From the NCBI RefSeq assembly GCF_009914755.1, contig NC_060934.1: 64,000 nt of DNA, one strand, 5' to 3'. Source of the stretch: the human T2T-CHM13v2.0 reference genome, Homo sapiens. How positions within the stretch are numbered: the first letter of the stretch is position 1; the number at the start of each line of letters is the position of its first letter. Positions 41,501 to 56,370 of the stretch are shown in pieces. Under the pieces are notes generated by a model. That model made no database searches. It worked only from the letters and a program-made list of their open reading frames with translations, and was not told the origin of the DNA. A program made the position numbers and the translations under genes.

Positions 41501-44046
41501 TGTGCCGCATCCCTGACTTGGGTGCTGGCCTTCTCCTTCTAGGTACTGTCCCTGGCAGGCAAGTCTGAGGCCTGAGCCAGTCTTACTTTTTATTGTTTTC
41601 ACTTTTAAACAATAGCAGATAACAACTGGGACCCATTGTAGTTATGCTTAACTTGCTTTGGTATGGCAGCATGCACAACTCAGTACATATAATAAATGCT
41701 TTATTACAGTACTTTTCCATGGGGGAAACACAAAGTACTTTCTAAATCTTCCCTAGTTAAATCCCTGAGCCTTTCCAGGGAGAGAGGGAGATGGAAATTC
41801 TTATCAATCATCTCCCCTAGAATAGATGGAGAAATGAAGGTAAGTGCTTCTCCCACCCCGATAGACTTAACATAAAGGAATTGGTTCAAATGGTGGGCCA
41901 AATTATCTTTTATTGTGTGCATATAAATGATGGTTAGAAATCCATATGCTACGTTAAACTAGGGAAATAAATTAGGCCGAGTCATCTAGGTTTGCTGAGA
42001 CAGGTATTCAATATGAAGTTGTAAAAGGGAAAGATCACCTTTAAAAATGATCTATAAAGACATGTTAAAATCAAGAGAAACATCTCATATTACATCATCT
42101 ATGAGATGAATTAAATTTCCTGTTAATGCCAGGGAAAAAAACCTCAAAGGCAAATGTCAGATGAAGTGCAGATCAATAAAAATATTTTGATAAGTAAATG
42201 CAACAATGCTATTTAACACATGATTGGCAACTGCTGAAACATAAATTATCCAAATTTCCCATTGCTGCTTATGGGAAAATTATGCAGATTAGAACTTGAT
42301 TAGGCTTATATCATGAGACTCAATTTGGACTTTTAATCTATTAAGCTCCAATAAATGAGGCATCTGAATAGCTCCCCTGAGCAACTACGGTAATAGCCAC
42401 AGCAGTCATTTTTGCAGTATGTATTCCAACGAATGCTTCAGCAGCTGAAGTAAAGAAAATTCCATGTATAGAAGCACAATTGCTTTCTAACTTGTAGGGG
42501 AAGAAAATCCACACACACCAGGTTGATTTGGGAAACAGGTTTTTGGAAATGACTGCAAGAAAAATCCAGCCAAAGGAAAAACCTCAGTTTAACCTTGTAA
42601 TATTTTTTCACAGTAGTTTTCAGTGGCTTCCTATGAAGCTAGAATCCAGAGTCAGGAAGGCCAGGCAGCTGACCATGTTTACTCAATAAAAAAAAGATTA
42701 TTTACCAAGGCAGCAGCTTCTCCTGAAACTCCCCAAAGGCCACCCCAACAGGGTAGAGGTAGCCCCCAACAAGGTGCTGGAGGTCAGTGTCAAGGAGGGA
42801 AGCGGGGAAATGCCCCTGCCAATTTGTGACTCCCCCGCACAAAGCCTAATGACAGTGCTTGGAAACTGTATAAACAGATAATTCTGTGACTCCTGAGCCA
42901 AACCATAAGGTGTCTTTTGCCTCTTCAGCAATCATTCTATGCTAGAAACACGAGAGTTTTCAAAATCCTCTAATCAATTCCTCCATTCTTCAAATGAAGA
43001 AACTGAGGCTTAGAATGGAGAAGTTATTATATCCAAGGTCACAGAACCAGTTAGCAGCAGAACCAGGATAGTTGATATCTGCTGTTTTCTGTTCCTTTTT
43101 AACTCCTTCTATGCATAAGAAACCCATTCCACAGTGTTTGTTGGGGGTGCAGGGAAGAAACTCCGCCCCCACCCTGGAAACAGAAGTGGCAACATGAAGC
43201 CAGGCATCCTGACTTCACAGGGCCGCTGATGGTCCTGCATAATCCTGGCCACATCATCAGTTTAGAGATGAGTCTGTCCTCCTCAATCTAGGGCCTGTCC
43301 GTATTCTCCCCAGGACATTATGTAAAAGATGGTAAAGGTTCTGTGGTTGCAAAGTCAGGAGTCTGCAGGTGTGGGGCTACTGGCAAGCAGTTAGCCCACC
43401 ATGGGGTGAATGAAAACAGGGCAAATGAACCAAGAGGTGGAGAGAATGAGATAGAGCTCTGTCATTGTTCAAGTTCCTGCACACAAATGTGCCTAAAACC
43501 AGAGACATTCCAGTTATATGTCTCTGTTTTTACTTAAGCCTTTTTGCATTGGATTTCACTTGTGCCAAAATGTCCCAACTAGTACAACAACTGAGAAAAA
43601 TCTCCATTCTCTTCGCGGTGAAATGATTCATGCTGGCCTGATTTTCTACTGAAACAAATGACTGCATCTTCATTTAAGGTTTCCTGCTTGTCTCCAGTGA
43701 CCAGGGACAAGACCTGGCTTAATACTCTCCTTGTTTCTTTCTATTTACAGTAACTAACAGTGACATTTTTAGCGGTACATTTTTTTAGAGACTGTCTTTG
43801 ATTAGCACCTTTGCAAGTTGACTCCACCCACTGAATAAAGTGCCCCATCCTTTTTAGAGTTTACATTTTGGGTCCAACCCAAACCAAAGCAAATTAAACC
43901 AACCAAACAAACAAAACTTCTCTATAGTTATTTGCCCATTAAGATTCGTAAAATATATTCAGCTCTTAGACAAGTCTCACACACATGAAACAAATATATT
44001 TACAGGACTTGTCTCTCCAAGCAGACAGTCTCTTTCCTTAGAATTA

Positions 44047-44253
<207 letters not shown>

Positions 44254-44452
44254 TTAAGGGGAGGAAGGAAGAAAAAGACAAAGCTAGTAACAACTCAAAC
44301 ACACCTAAAACTACAGATTTGGAGAGAAACCTAATATTCACCCGGTCTAATGTCTCCGTTTACCCAAGAGCTCATGGTATCATTGCTTTCTCCACAACAT
44401 CTCAACTTCTCAGTTTTACCTTATCTTAATTCATCTTACAATTTAAAAATAA

Positions 44453-44799
<347 letters not shown>

Positions 44800-46999
44800 T
44801 CAAATTACTTATAATTTTACCTCCACTTTGGCCTAAGCAATTGTACTTCTAAAAATATGTGTACAGCCATAATTTCCTTACATTAAAAATTTGGCTGCCA
44901 GGGTCTTCATTCATAGGTATTAAGTAACAACATTCCACTGAAAACAACATGAATGTCCAATTTTAGGGAAATTGGTTAAGTATGCATCCACTAAAAATAA
45001 TGCAGAAAAACATTTCACGACAGAAAAATGGTCATGATAAAATGTTTGTGAAAAACCACAGGTAACATACTGACATGTATGATCCATTTTTTTGAGGGTA
45101 AAAGTATTTATATCTATGGAAATAAGACAAATATGTCAACTTTCTTATGTCTGAGCAGTAAAATTACAGGGAATGTGCATTTTCTTTTTGGTTTCTATAA
45201 TTGCTAAATTTTCTAAAATAAACACATTTTATTTATGTAATGAAAAAAATTTTTTAAATTATAAATTGATGTTAAAGACCCTGAAATCTCGAAACCTCAT
45301 GTGATCTCTATGGGTTGAGAGCAGCTGATGAACATGATGGATGGACACAGCTGGTTCATCTGTAAGGGTCTGACAGGTCTTTGAACATCCACTTGATTTG
45401 GCAGTTAAGGAGACTGAAGTTCTGAGATGGAAGTGATCAGGCCAAGGTTACAAAGCAAAGGGGCTTTAAAAGAACAGGGCCCAGAGAGAGTTTTCAGGCT
45501 TCCTAGTTCTCTGTTATTTCAGCCTCCCACCATCTTGTAAGAGCTACTCAATCTCAGAGCAGAGGCCATTTACATAAAGCACACATGGGCAGTGAAGAGC
45601 CCAAGAAACCCACAATGCCCCATGCACATAGGGGAAGGGAGGAGCAGTCAGAGCTGGTTTCCAACACAGAGGGAAAGTGGCACCTGCTGATGCCCATCCC
45701 TGCTCCCACCAGCCTTACCCACTTCAGAAACGCTGTTCCCCCTCTTCCCTCCCAACCCAGCTCCTGTCGTTTCTTTACCTCTTCCAGGACGTCTGCCTTG
45801 AATAACTTCTCACATTTAGTTACTTTATGAAGATGTTTTCCTCTGCCTTTTTTTCCATCCCCTTTATTCGTTATTTTAAAATGTATGAATTATTACTAAA
45901 TATATACAAATTACTACATATTAATGTTTAAATGTTGTTAAGCATCTTTAATTCTTCTGTTTTATCTTCATATACCCACTGGACTTCCCAATTTCAATAT
46001 GGCACAGCTTATGCTAACCTTTCTTTATTGTTTTTATTTATTCTTAATTCCTGTTCTGGGACCCTCCCTCTTTGCTGCCACCACAAGAGGACAAAGGCTG
46101 TTTTGCCACTAACATGGGATCTCCTCTTTCATGATGGATCACATTTCCAGTAAACTAGAGGCTTACTATGCCAGGGAAAAGGCAGATATATACATTACAA
46201 GACAATGATATCAAGGGGATACTAATAAAACACACAGACATCTCCCCTCATGCTGCCAAGACTATATACCATTTTGTTTCCATTACATCAATTTTTTTCT
46301 CCCCTTTTGCAAGCATTAATCAAAGAAACGTGAAGAGCTCATTAAAGTGATAGATTGACTGAAAATGTAACCACTTTTTCATTATAAACAGTTTCTTTAT
46401 GTTCTTGGTGCTATGGGCTTTGTTTTTCAGCATTTGTCATGTAGTTCAAATGTCCTTTTACATTTAAAACACCAAATGCCAAATGGGCCCCAGTTGTTTG
46501 GTTTAGTATGAATTGATGGCCAGCACAGCAGAAACCAGAACTCCAAAATCACGAGCAAAGTATAACATCCATATCTTAAGCACACAGAAAATTAAGTAGC
46601 TGTAAAAGATGGGTTTGCCAAGTGATCCAAGGCCTTGCCATGAAATTCAGGAAAGCAGAATCGCATCAACAACTTTCAGCCAGCTATCTCTGAATGGTTC
46701 TAGAGACAAGACGCCTGGCCCAAGATAGCACCAAGGTTCCAAACAGTTGATGGTTCTTTAAAAGAAAGAATCTTTTTTTCTTAAGTGTTGAAGTGTTTCC
46801 TGTACATACGTTTATGCTGGCAGATGAATAGGAAACTGGGATCTTGGATCTTGGGGTCAGGCATTCCCACATACATACACACACGAATCTTCACTAGATG
46901 AGGGTTTGATGCTGGTTTGACTCTGAGCATCTCTCTGTACAGCGTGGTCAATAACTTTTGACCACTACCTGAAATAAGCCATACCATTTGTGGTCTAGA

Positions 47000-47230
47000 A
47001 CTTGAACACTGTGGCTAGACTGAATGAGTTTGGGTCCTGCCTCTTTCTGTTTCTAATTTGTGATCTGGGGCAATTTATTTAAATTTTGTGTCTCAGTTTC
47101 CTCATCTGCAAATTGGAAGAGGAAGATGTCATGAAGATTGAATGAGTTAATAATAATAATACAGGGAAACTGCTTACAACAGCACCTGGCACAGAGCATG
47201 TACTTCATCAGTACTAACTTACTATTATTT
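47000..47230 (+). mobile_element. MIR
   Basis: tgtgatctggggcaatttatttaa...gtctcagtttcctcatctgcaaattgg...gaagattgaatgagttaat. Confidence 0.7.
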
Positions 47231-49004
47231 ATCAACAACAGGGTTGTAAGCTGACAGAGAAAACAAAACACATGGGTTTTAGTCCCAGGTCAACTCCTAC
47301 CTCTCTGTGAGAATGTAGAAGGATTCAATGTCTTATCCAAACTCAGTTCTCCCATCCATAAAATGAGGTTGTAGCAATGTCCCAAATCCCTTTAGATTAC
47401 CGTGCATCATACATAATATTGAAACCACGATAATTCTGTGTTCAGCTACTCAATATTCAGGAATGTCTGTGGAGTCATTCATGGGGTTGTTCTTTTAAGG
47501 AAGTGGAACACAGGAGCCCTCTCTTCCAGAATCCTATCACATTGTCGGTATCAACAAACATATCAACATTTCATACAAGAGATGCGCACCAAATACATTA
47601 AACCACAACAACCATGTAGCTTGCACATCACAACTCCAGGTACACATCATATCCTCTCTCAGGAGTAGCCCCTAAGGCATGATCCTCCCTCCAGGAGCCC
47701 TGCATCCTTTCCATTTGCTAACAGTCAAATCATTCATTTGCTGCTATGCGATCACAGTCGTGGCAATGGCTGTGGCCCTTGGTGTCTTCATCTGTAAAAT
47801 AGGAATGACTCTAAGGCCCTCTCAGCTTTGAGATTTATGTCTCTTTCATGACCCCAAATTTTAAACGTGATCTCCAACAAAATAAGCTAGCAAAGGGAAT
47901 CCAGAGGATCTCCTTACAGACTCCTTCACAAGCTCTAGTGTACATCCAGATTTTTTTGATTCAGTTTTATACCTTTGCCCAGAGGATAAAACTTCACTTC
48001 TCAAACCAAGGAGAAGGAAGTACTTTCTCCAAAGTTGCTCTAATGGCTGAGAAGGCCATAAATAACCATTTATTAAACAAACACTATGGGCTAAAGGAAG
48101 AGAAACCACCGCAATTAGGCCCCTGAGGCCTGCAGGCACAGTACATAACGATGGGACTCTCATAATCCAGGCAATATATAACCAGTTGTTCCATTTTCTT
48201 GAAGTTATCTTCATAATCAAGATGCTATCTCGGGCATTGTGGGCTTTAAAACTATTTTTAATTTTAATTTAAAGAGTAATTAAAGAAAGACAATGGATAT
48301 GCAGGATAATAAAGTAAGCGATTAGCAGCATGCAAATGACATAGGCTTAATGATAATATGGTTCTAGTCTCCAAACAGCTTGTCGAGAGAAAGCCCTTTC
48401 TACATGTGGTTGTTCAGCTAATGTGTCTCAACCCACAATTACAACATTGCTGACACCATTAACCAGTGAAACAACACCACTTCGCGAAATCCTTGTTGTC
48501 TCATTAAAAAGGAAAGGGTCAGGTAATTTACCAACGTTGTATGTCTAGTTTTGTTGTTGGTAATTAGCAAACATTACCCAGCATAGACTCCCACTGGGAA
48601 CTGGAGGAACTTTGTGAAATATTAAAGAAGAAAGCCTTTATATTTCACTGGAAAATTGAAAAGAGGTGCAGTAATATTCTCCCTGTCATCTTTTTGCATT
48701 TAGGAAAAGGAAAATGCAACTTGGAACTCTTTAATTTCAGGAGAAATATTCAAAATGCATTGGGAAGTCACTACCCACATTAAGACCCTGGATCACCATT
48801 GTATACTGGCAAATAGAATCTGCATCCCTGTTTACAAAAGGGAGTTGGAGATGGGAGGACGGGAAAATTGCAAACTTTATCTTTATTGCTCTTACTTATG
48901 TTATTTGAATTAATCTCCTTGAAACAGAAGAAAGGAGATATAAAATTTTCTTTTTGAAATGCTACGGGACTTAAATAAGCACCAGAATTATTTATTCAGA
49001 AAAA

Positions 49005-49029
49005 TACACACACACACACACACACACGA

Positions 49030-49062
<33 letters not shown>

Positions 49063-49074
49063 TACACACACATA
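49005..49074. repeat. (CA)n microsatellite with a (CG)n core
   Basis: cacaca...cacgaacacgcgcgcgcacaca... Confidence 0.95.
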
Positions 49075-50399
49075 TTTAGACCTAAAGAGAGAAGAAATAT
49101 ATTCCAGGGAAGAGACTTCCTGCCTCCATGCTTCCTAATAAAATCTTCCCCACATTGGAACTCAGACCCCGCCCCCAACACTGGCCAATGCTTGGTGTGT
49201 TGTCAGGGAGTAGAATGGTATCTTATTCTTTAAATGGAACTTTTGGAACATAAAACACATTCCAATAAATGTGAGCAGAAAATTATGAATTCATTAAACT
49301 ACTTTGGTATCTTGTGCTATATATAATATTTATATTCCGACTACTGTAAAATATGCTTTAATATCTTTAGGCAACTATAAGGACTTAAATATTTATAAAA
49401 TGGCTAAAGATAAAGTATGGCCCTCTTATTCCTACATACAGATGATGTAAGGCATGCAATCAAAGACAATAACACTCTCTGCCCATTTGTCATCTTAAAG
49501 GAGCCGATCAACGCGCCATCCCTCGTGTGCCATCTACATAAGAGTTGTTGCCGACACAGGCAACTCCAGAGGAGTTTGCGCCTTAAAAACTACCTAGAGT
49601 GCTATACTTCATAGAAAACAGGGCTTTCTGAAAATGGAGACAAAACAATAAATTTGCAGGCAAAACAGCTCCAAGAGGGGCTTCAAAGTACTGCTGTATT
49701 TATCTCTGGGACATGAGGGAACAGGAAGCATTTTGATTTAATATTTCATAAGATAGAGACAATTGCTTCCTTGCATGGTATATACTTAATGCTCACAGAA
49801 ATGAGTTTTTTTTAAAAAAGTTTCAATATCTTAAATGCAAATAAATAAATAAATAAGGAGACACACCTGCATAATAGGAAGGGCTTCCTTTGGAAATATG
49901 GAATAGACCCATATAATCCCAATAAAGAGAAAGCCACCACGAATTTATAATCACCTAGGGGCCTGTTAAAAGTAGTTTTATAGATTAAGTGTGAAACCTC
50001 AACCCTGATGTTATTATTATTTACCTTCCTTGCTTGCCTTTAGGCCCATGGCCTGATTGATTTTCAAAATTCTTCCATTTCCTATGCTGATTAGGTATTC
50101 AAAGAATTGTTTGTGCCCACCTGCCTTGACCTCTCAAATGGACACCCCCTGGTTTATTTTCCCAGCTCCCACTAGCTCCCTGCTGGGAACCATGTGGAAG
50201 TTTGTGAATTTCTCATGTATCTTGCATTTTCACAATGCCCATTATATGCTTTCCAAATCTCCTAGCAATCATGCCTAGGAGAATGATTTATTCTATAAAT
50301 AAATTTCCAAGATAAATTTCTATGGAAATGTAAGCTTTAGTAAATCAGCTGCCTGATACAAGGATCAGAGATGGTTTCCTTGAGTAAGTAAGGGGCTAG

Positions 50400-50556
50400 G
50401 CTGGTGTTTCTCAACTTGGGCTGCACGTTGGAATCACCAATGCATGCCTGCATCAATGTCTAATTTAATTGCTCTGGAGTATGGCCTGAGCATTTCAAGA
50501 ATGTTAAAAGTTCCCCAGGTGAGTGCAATGTGCAGCTAAGGTTGAAAAACAGTGGG
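50400..50556. mobile_element. MER5-family DNA transposon
   Basis: gtttctcaacttgggctgcacgttggaatcacc...ttaaaagttccccaggtgagt...aatgtgcagctaaggttgaaaaacagtg. Confidence 0.7.
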
Positions 50557-50571
50557 CTAGTTCAGAATTAA

Positions 50572-52078
50572 ATCCACCCATTTAAGGGCAACTAATCTTT
50601 GACAAGGATGTCAAGAACACACAATAGGTAAAGGACAGTCTATTCAATGAATAATGATGTTCAGAAAACAATATTTACATGCAAAAGAATAAATCTGAAC
50701 ACTTCTCTTACAGCATATACAAAAATCAAATGGATTAAAGACTTGAATGTAAAATCTGAAACCGTAAAACTCCTAGGAGAAAAAATAGGGGAAAAGCTCT
50801 TTGACATTGGTCTGGGCGATGATTTCTTGGATATGACACCAAAAGCACAGGCAACAAAAGCAAAAATTAAAAAGCGGGACTACATCAAACTAAAAATCTG
50901 CACAGCAAAGAAAACAATCAACAAAGTGAGAAGCCAATCTACTGAACGGGAGAAAATATTTTAAAACCACCTAGCCAATAAAGGGTTAATATCCCATCTA
51001 TATAAAGAACTCATATACTCAGTAGCAAGAAAATAAATAACCTGATTAAGAAATGGGCAAAGGAACCTAATAGACATCTTTATAAAGAAGATATACAAAT
51101 GGCCAACAAGTAGATATGAAAAGGTGCTCAATATCACTAATCATCAGAAAAATGCAAATCACAATAAGATATCACCTCATACCTGTTAAGATTGCTATTA
51201 TTGAAAAGACAAGTGATAACAAGTGTTGGTGAGGTTGGAGAGAAAAGTGAACCCTTGTACACTGCTGGTGGGAATGTAAATTGGTACAGCCCTATAGAAG
51301 ACAGTATGAAGTTTCTATAAAAAATTAAAAATAGAACCACCACATGATTTAGCAATCCCACTTCTGGGTATATATCCAACAGAAATGAAATCAGTATCTC
51401 AAAGAGACATCTGCACCTCCATGTTTATTGGAGCACTATTCACAATAGCCAAGATATAGAAACCACTGGTGTCCATTGACAGATGAGTAGATAAAGAAAA
51501 TATGGTCTGTGTTGTGTATGTACCTGCACATATATATAATGGAATATTATTCAGCCATAAAAAAGAAAGAAATTCTGTCATTCAACAACATAGATGAACT
51601 GGAGAACATCATGCTAAGTGAAATAAGCCAGTTATAGAAGGACAAATACTGTATGATCTCACTTATACATGGAATCTAAAAAGTTGAACTCATAGAAGCA
51701 GAAAGTAGAACAGTGGTGGCCAGGGACTGTGGTGAGGGTCAGGGGGAATGGGGAGATGTTGGTCAAAGGATACAAACTTGCCATTATAGGATGAATAAAT
51801 TCTGGGGCTGTAATGTAAAGTGTGGTGACTATAGTTGATAGTGCTGTGTAGTACACTTGAAGTTTGCAAAAAGAATAGATCTTAAGTGTCCTCATGACAC
51901 ACACCCGGGCACACACACACACAATAGTAACTATGGGAGATGATGGATGTGTTTATTAACTTGATTTTGGTAATAATTTCACAATGTATATGTATATCAA
52001 ATCATCATGTTGTAAACCTTGAATATATACAACTTTTACTTGTCAGTTGTATTTCAATAAACCTGGAGGGGAAGAAAA
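50572..52078 (+). mobile_element. L1MA-type (L1MA9-like) ORF2 3' end and 3'UTR
   Basis: ORF2 peptides (KWIKDLNVKSETVKLL...DFLDMTPKAQATKAKI) and an L1MA-type 3' end. Confidence 0.88.
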
Positions 52079-54585
52079 TCATTAGGGTAGACAAAACTCT
52101 TAAATTTGTATATAAATATTTATGTGTCTATGAAGAGGTAGGAGGAGGGTCACAGAGAAGATTCATTATTAGCTATTTAAAGGGGTAGGTACAAGACCCC
52201 TTTCCCAGTTGAGAACTAATATGCTATAGGTTTTCTGGCTGAGACCCAAAATTACTGTTTTAAGAAAAAAAAAAAAAAGAGGCAAAGGAGGGAGGCCAAG
52301 TGCCATCTGTTGACTAGGTGGAGTAGCATGGGTCCTGCTCTGGAAGGGTGTCACTTCACCAACATCAGGGCTCCTACCACAACCAAACCCCAGAGGTTGG
52401 AAGTGTATGAGGTTTTCTGTCAGCGAGCTGTCCCAATCTCTGCTTCAGAGAGCAGCTGCGTTGCATGGCGCCATGCTAGCCTGTCTATGGAGGGGAAGCG
52501 CCCCATGCTCACTGTTCATCTGCCCTAGTTCTTCCTCAACTCCTCTGTAGGCTTTTGTTAGTCTACCTTACCTGGTCTGCTCACCTTCCAAAGGTGTGTT
52601 GGTTTCTATCATCATCTATTTTCTATGCATATTTACAGACAAACAGATCAACAGTAATTCTGGCTGCTAGGTACAAGTGGATAATCCTAACTTATGATTT
52701 GTTAATCTGGGAGTAGGAGGGGATGAAATAAAATAGTAAAATTGTAATAATAATAACAAAAATAGCTAACATTGCTTGATTTCTCCCATCCTAGGTAGGA
52801 AGTGCTTTAACAGCCATTCATTCAGGGTTGCCATGTATGGTTGTGAAGGTTGGGCACTACACAGTAGCTAATCTAAGTGGGTACCACTCATATCAATAGG
52901 CATTGTATATTTGCATATTTATGACAATATTTTTTCCCAGCAGATGACAGAAAAGTGTATTGTTCAAACATATTAGTAGATTATCACCATTTTTTTCAGC
53001 AGATGAAAATAAGGTGTCTTGAGAAAAGAGTGACTTTTTCTGGCTTACTTAAAGGTACTGTATGGACAATAGAAAGTCCTGTATCTCATTGAATTCTCAT
53101 AGTCATTTGATAAGCCAGGTGCATTTAGTATTCTTAGTGAGAAAATTGAGATAAAAAGAGGTAAAGTAATTTTCCCAGGCCTAGTAAGTGGCAGATCTGG
53201 GCTTCAAACCCAAGCTGTCATTCCAGACCCATGTGTGCCATGACTGAACTTGACTGCAAAGTGCTATTTCTACAGCCTTTGATGTTTAATAACCTTTCTG
53301 CAGCCATTATGTCTTTGTATTCATACACTGATCCCTCGGTGTTTTGGGGTGGGGTCATTTAATATATAGATATATAGATGAGGAAATGAAATCTGGAATC
53401 TTTATTATGTCAAATTGCTCATGATGGACAGAACCAGGATTTAAAAGCTGTTCCTTAACCCTCCATGACTGCATCATTACTCTGACAGCCATGTTTGTGA
53501 TTCACTATCATGAACTAGAGCAACAAAACACATCTTCCAAGTTCCTCCTGCTCCAGTCTACCGCTGAGAGGAATGTTCATTTCTACATGGCCAGGGAAGC
53601 TCTCAGGAAGCATTCACAGCTCCCTGGAGCAGAAAGCAGAGATATTTTCTGCCCTTTGTTGAACTTTGGAGGTCTCAGTCCTACAGCCTTGGGCCCTGGG
53701 TTGGTACTGTGTAATAGTACATTCAGCGAGGCCAGTCAAAGGTTGAGGGCCAGGAGCTATTAGTAAAGGTTAAGGGAATAGTACAGTTTATATTAGAGAC
53801 AACCTGGCCATCTGATAAAGGCTCCTCCAGACAAGTGCAACATCTTTGATCTCTGTAACCCTTGTCCAGTGCCCAGTTGTCAAATGAAGGGAGACTAAAT
53901 CCTGGAGGGAAAGTGTAGGTTTTTAATACAGGTATTTGGCTGCTTTATCTCATTTGAGGGCACGTTAAGAGAGAACAGGCTGCAAACAACAGATAGCAGG
54001 ATTAAATCATGTATTCATGTATCCATCCCCTCCACAAACCTCTACTGAGTGTCTACTAGGTGTGAGGTACTGTGCTAAGCATTTAGAAAGATTTCTGGCA
54101 GTTGGCGAGCATGAAGAGGTCAGCAAAACAATAGAACAGGCTCTTCTTTGGAGGATCTACTCAGGTTAACAGTGCACCCACCTACAAGCATTTCCTTTGA
54201 CATAGTGAGCCCTTTAAGTACCTTGGTTATACCATTAGTACACAAATAGCCAGGTGACCCTCTGTGAAAAACACTCGGCCTTTCCTGTTTCTGTGCCTTC
54301 TGTTACTCAGCTTCAGCCCTTTCCACATGCCTGTCGGAACCTTTATTTATATTAATCACACTTATTTTCAAATTCTGGTCCCTTTACTCTGGAGTCTTTC
54401 CTGACTACCACAGCCCAAAGCCACCTCTGCCTTCTCATAACACATTGTGTGGCAGCATGCATGGGACACTGAAAACATCTGGTAGAACATCTCTCCTGGA
54501 GATCTGTAACAAGATGCTCAAGGACTATCCTGCTTTTCTGGAATTCAGAAAATAATTTTCCTCCAGACCATTCCATGAAGTATAA

Positions 54586-55018
<433 letters not shown>

Positions 55019-56159
55019 TCAGGGCCATTTATTTCTTTATTTTTTTCTTGAGATGGAATTTCGCTCTTGTTGCTTTTAAGAAAAGAAGTAAAGTTTTTAA
55101 GACTGCACATGAGCTATTGCCTATAGAGAATAGGTGAAGACAAAAATGCACTGAATAGCTGGCTAGATTTATCTGCCAGCTTGAGGCATGTGTGCTATCT
55201 TCACAGCAGGTGTATTGAATGAAATGGCTCACACTCTGCACAAGGAATACACTGAAATGTTCCAAGCCCTGTATCCTTAAGTATGTGTGTCAAAGTCGTT
55301 CCATACAACTTATTTTATGTTTCTGTCCCTTTTGCCTGTAGACCCCATTACTTCTATGACAGCATAGACTATGGAGACAACAGGGGCACTAACCTCATGC
55401 ATAGGATGCAAACCAAACTGACATGCAGGATAGGGTAGTTGACCTATCCTTATCCAGAATTTCATGAGGTGTCTTAGAGGGTCCATGGGATTACAAGACT
55501 TCCTTTACTTCTCTCTGATTCTACAGCTGTGGTTTCCCCACTATAAGACAATTTCTCTGGACCATTTTCTGAGCCTAGGCTTTGGGCGCTACAGTGGTCT
55601 CTTCATTCTCATCTGCTGTCACGGAAACTTCCGCTTGAGCATGGAAGGAGTAAATAAAACCTGAAAATGTTATTTAAGTGTCTTCACAAAGAAAGTAACA
55701 GCTAGGTCTCAAATATTCCACTCTCTTCCTTACAGCTCCGAAGTCCCATCTATATTCACAAGAAAAACAGAAAAGAAAGACTCCAACAGTCATACTGTTC
55801 ACAGAGACAGGCTAAGCACAGTGCTTCACATTGCCCCCAGATTTACTCATTTGTCCAGTGGTAGTAGCAAGAAAGACTGAAGCCAACAGAATCCTAGTAT
55901 CTCTCATTGTTGGAACAGCTAGGGTCAAGGGGCTCAAAAAATGGGGATTCACAGAGACAAGAACCGTTGAAAACAAACTTCAGCCCCTTAGGTGCAAGGA
56001 CCAGTTTAGAAGTGAGGCTGGCACACCTTGAGCACTTTCATCCCCTTGAGTGTTTGTCCTGGGGGTGCCCCCATGACCCTTGAAAGTACATGTATAGCTT
56101 CAGGCCCATTCTCATCAGGATAACACTTGCCTTTTAAGAGACAGGCTGATGTGCCGAGA

Positions 56160-56370
56160 AAAGCATAGACTTTGAAATCAGATGTTTGGAGATCAACTCC
56201 ATGTGCCCTTGACTAGCTATAAGGCTATGGGAAAGGTACCTAATTCCCCTGAATCTCTGCTTTCTCAACTGTAAAATGAAGGTGGTAACTCTCCCTCAGC
56301 AGGTTGTCAGGGAGATTAAATAAGATATTACATAGGAATGTGTCTGGTGTATGGCTCACCTGAAAAAAAA
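56160..56370 (+). mobile_element. MIR
   Basis: agcatagactttgaaatcag...tctcaactgtaaaatgaagg...ggttgtcagggagattaaataagat. Confidence 0.7.

Noticed and set aside
49417-49614. 65-aa ATG ORF with several CpGs and a His/Cys-rich part
   Set aside because: No known motif, promoter or splice support; size is within chance expectation.
50647-50964. L1 ORF2-like ORFs (also 14502-14693 and 39293-39568) and Alu-derived ORFs (e.g. 9510-9725, 28077-28535)
   Set aside because: Frameshifted fossils of transposable elements, not genes.
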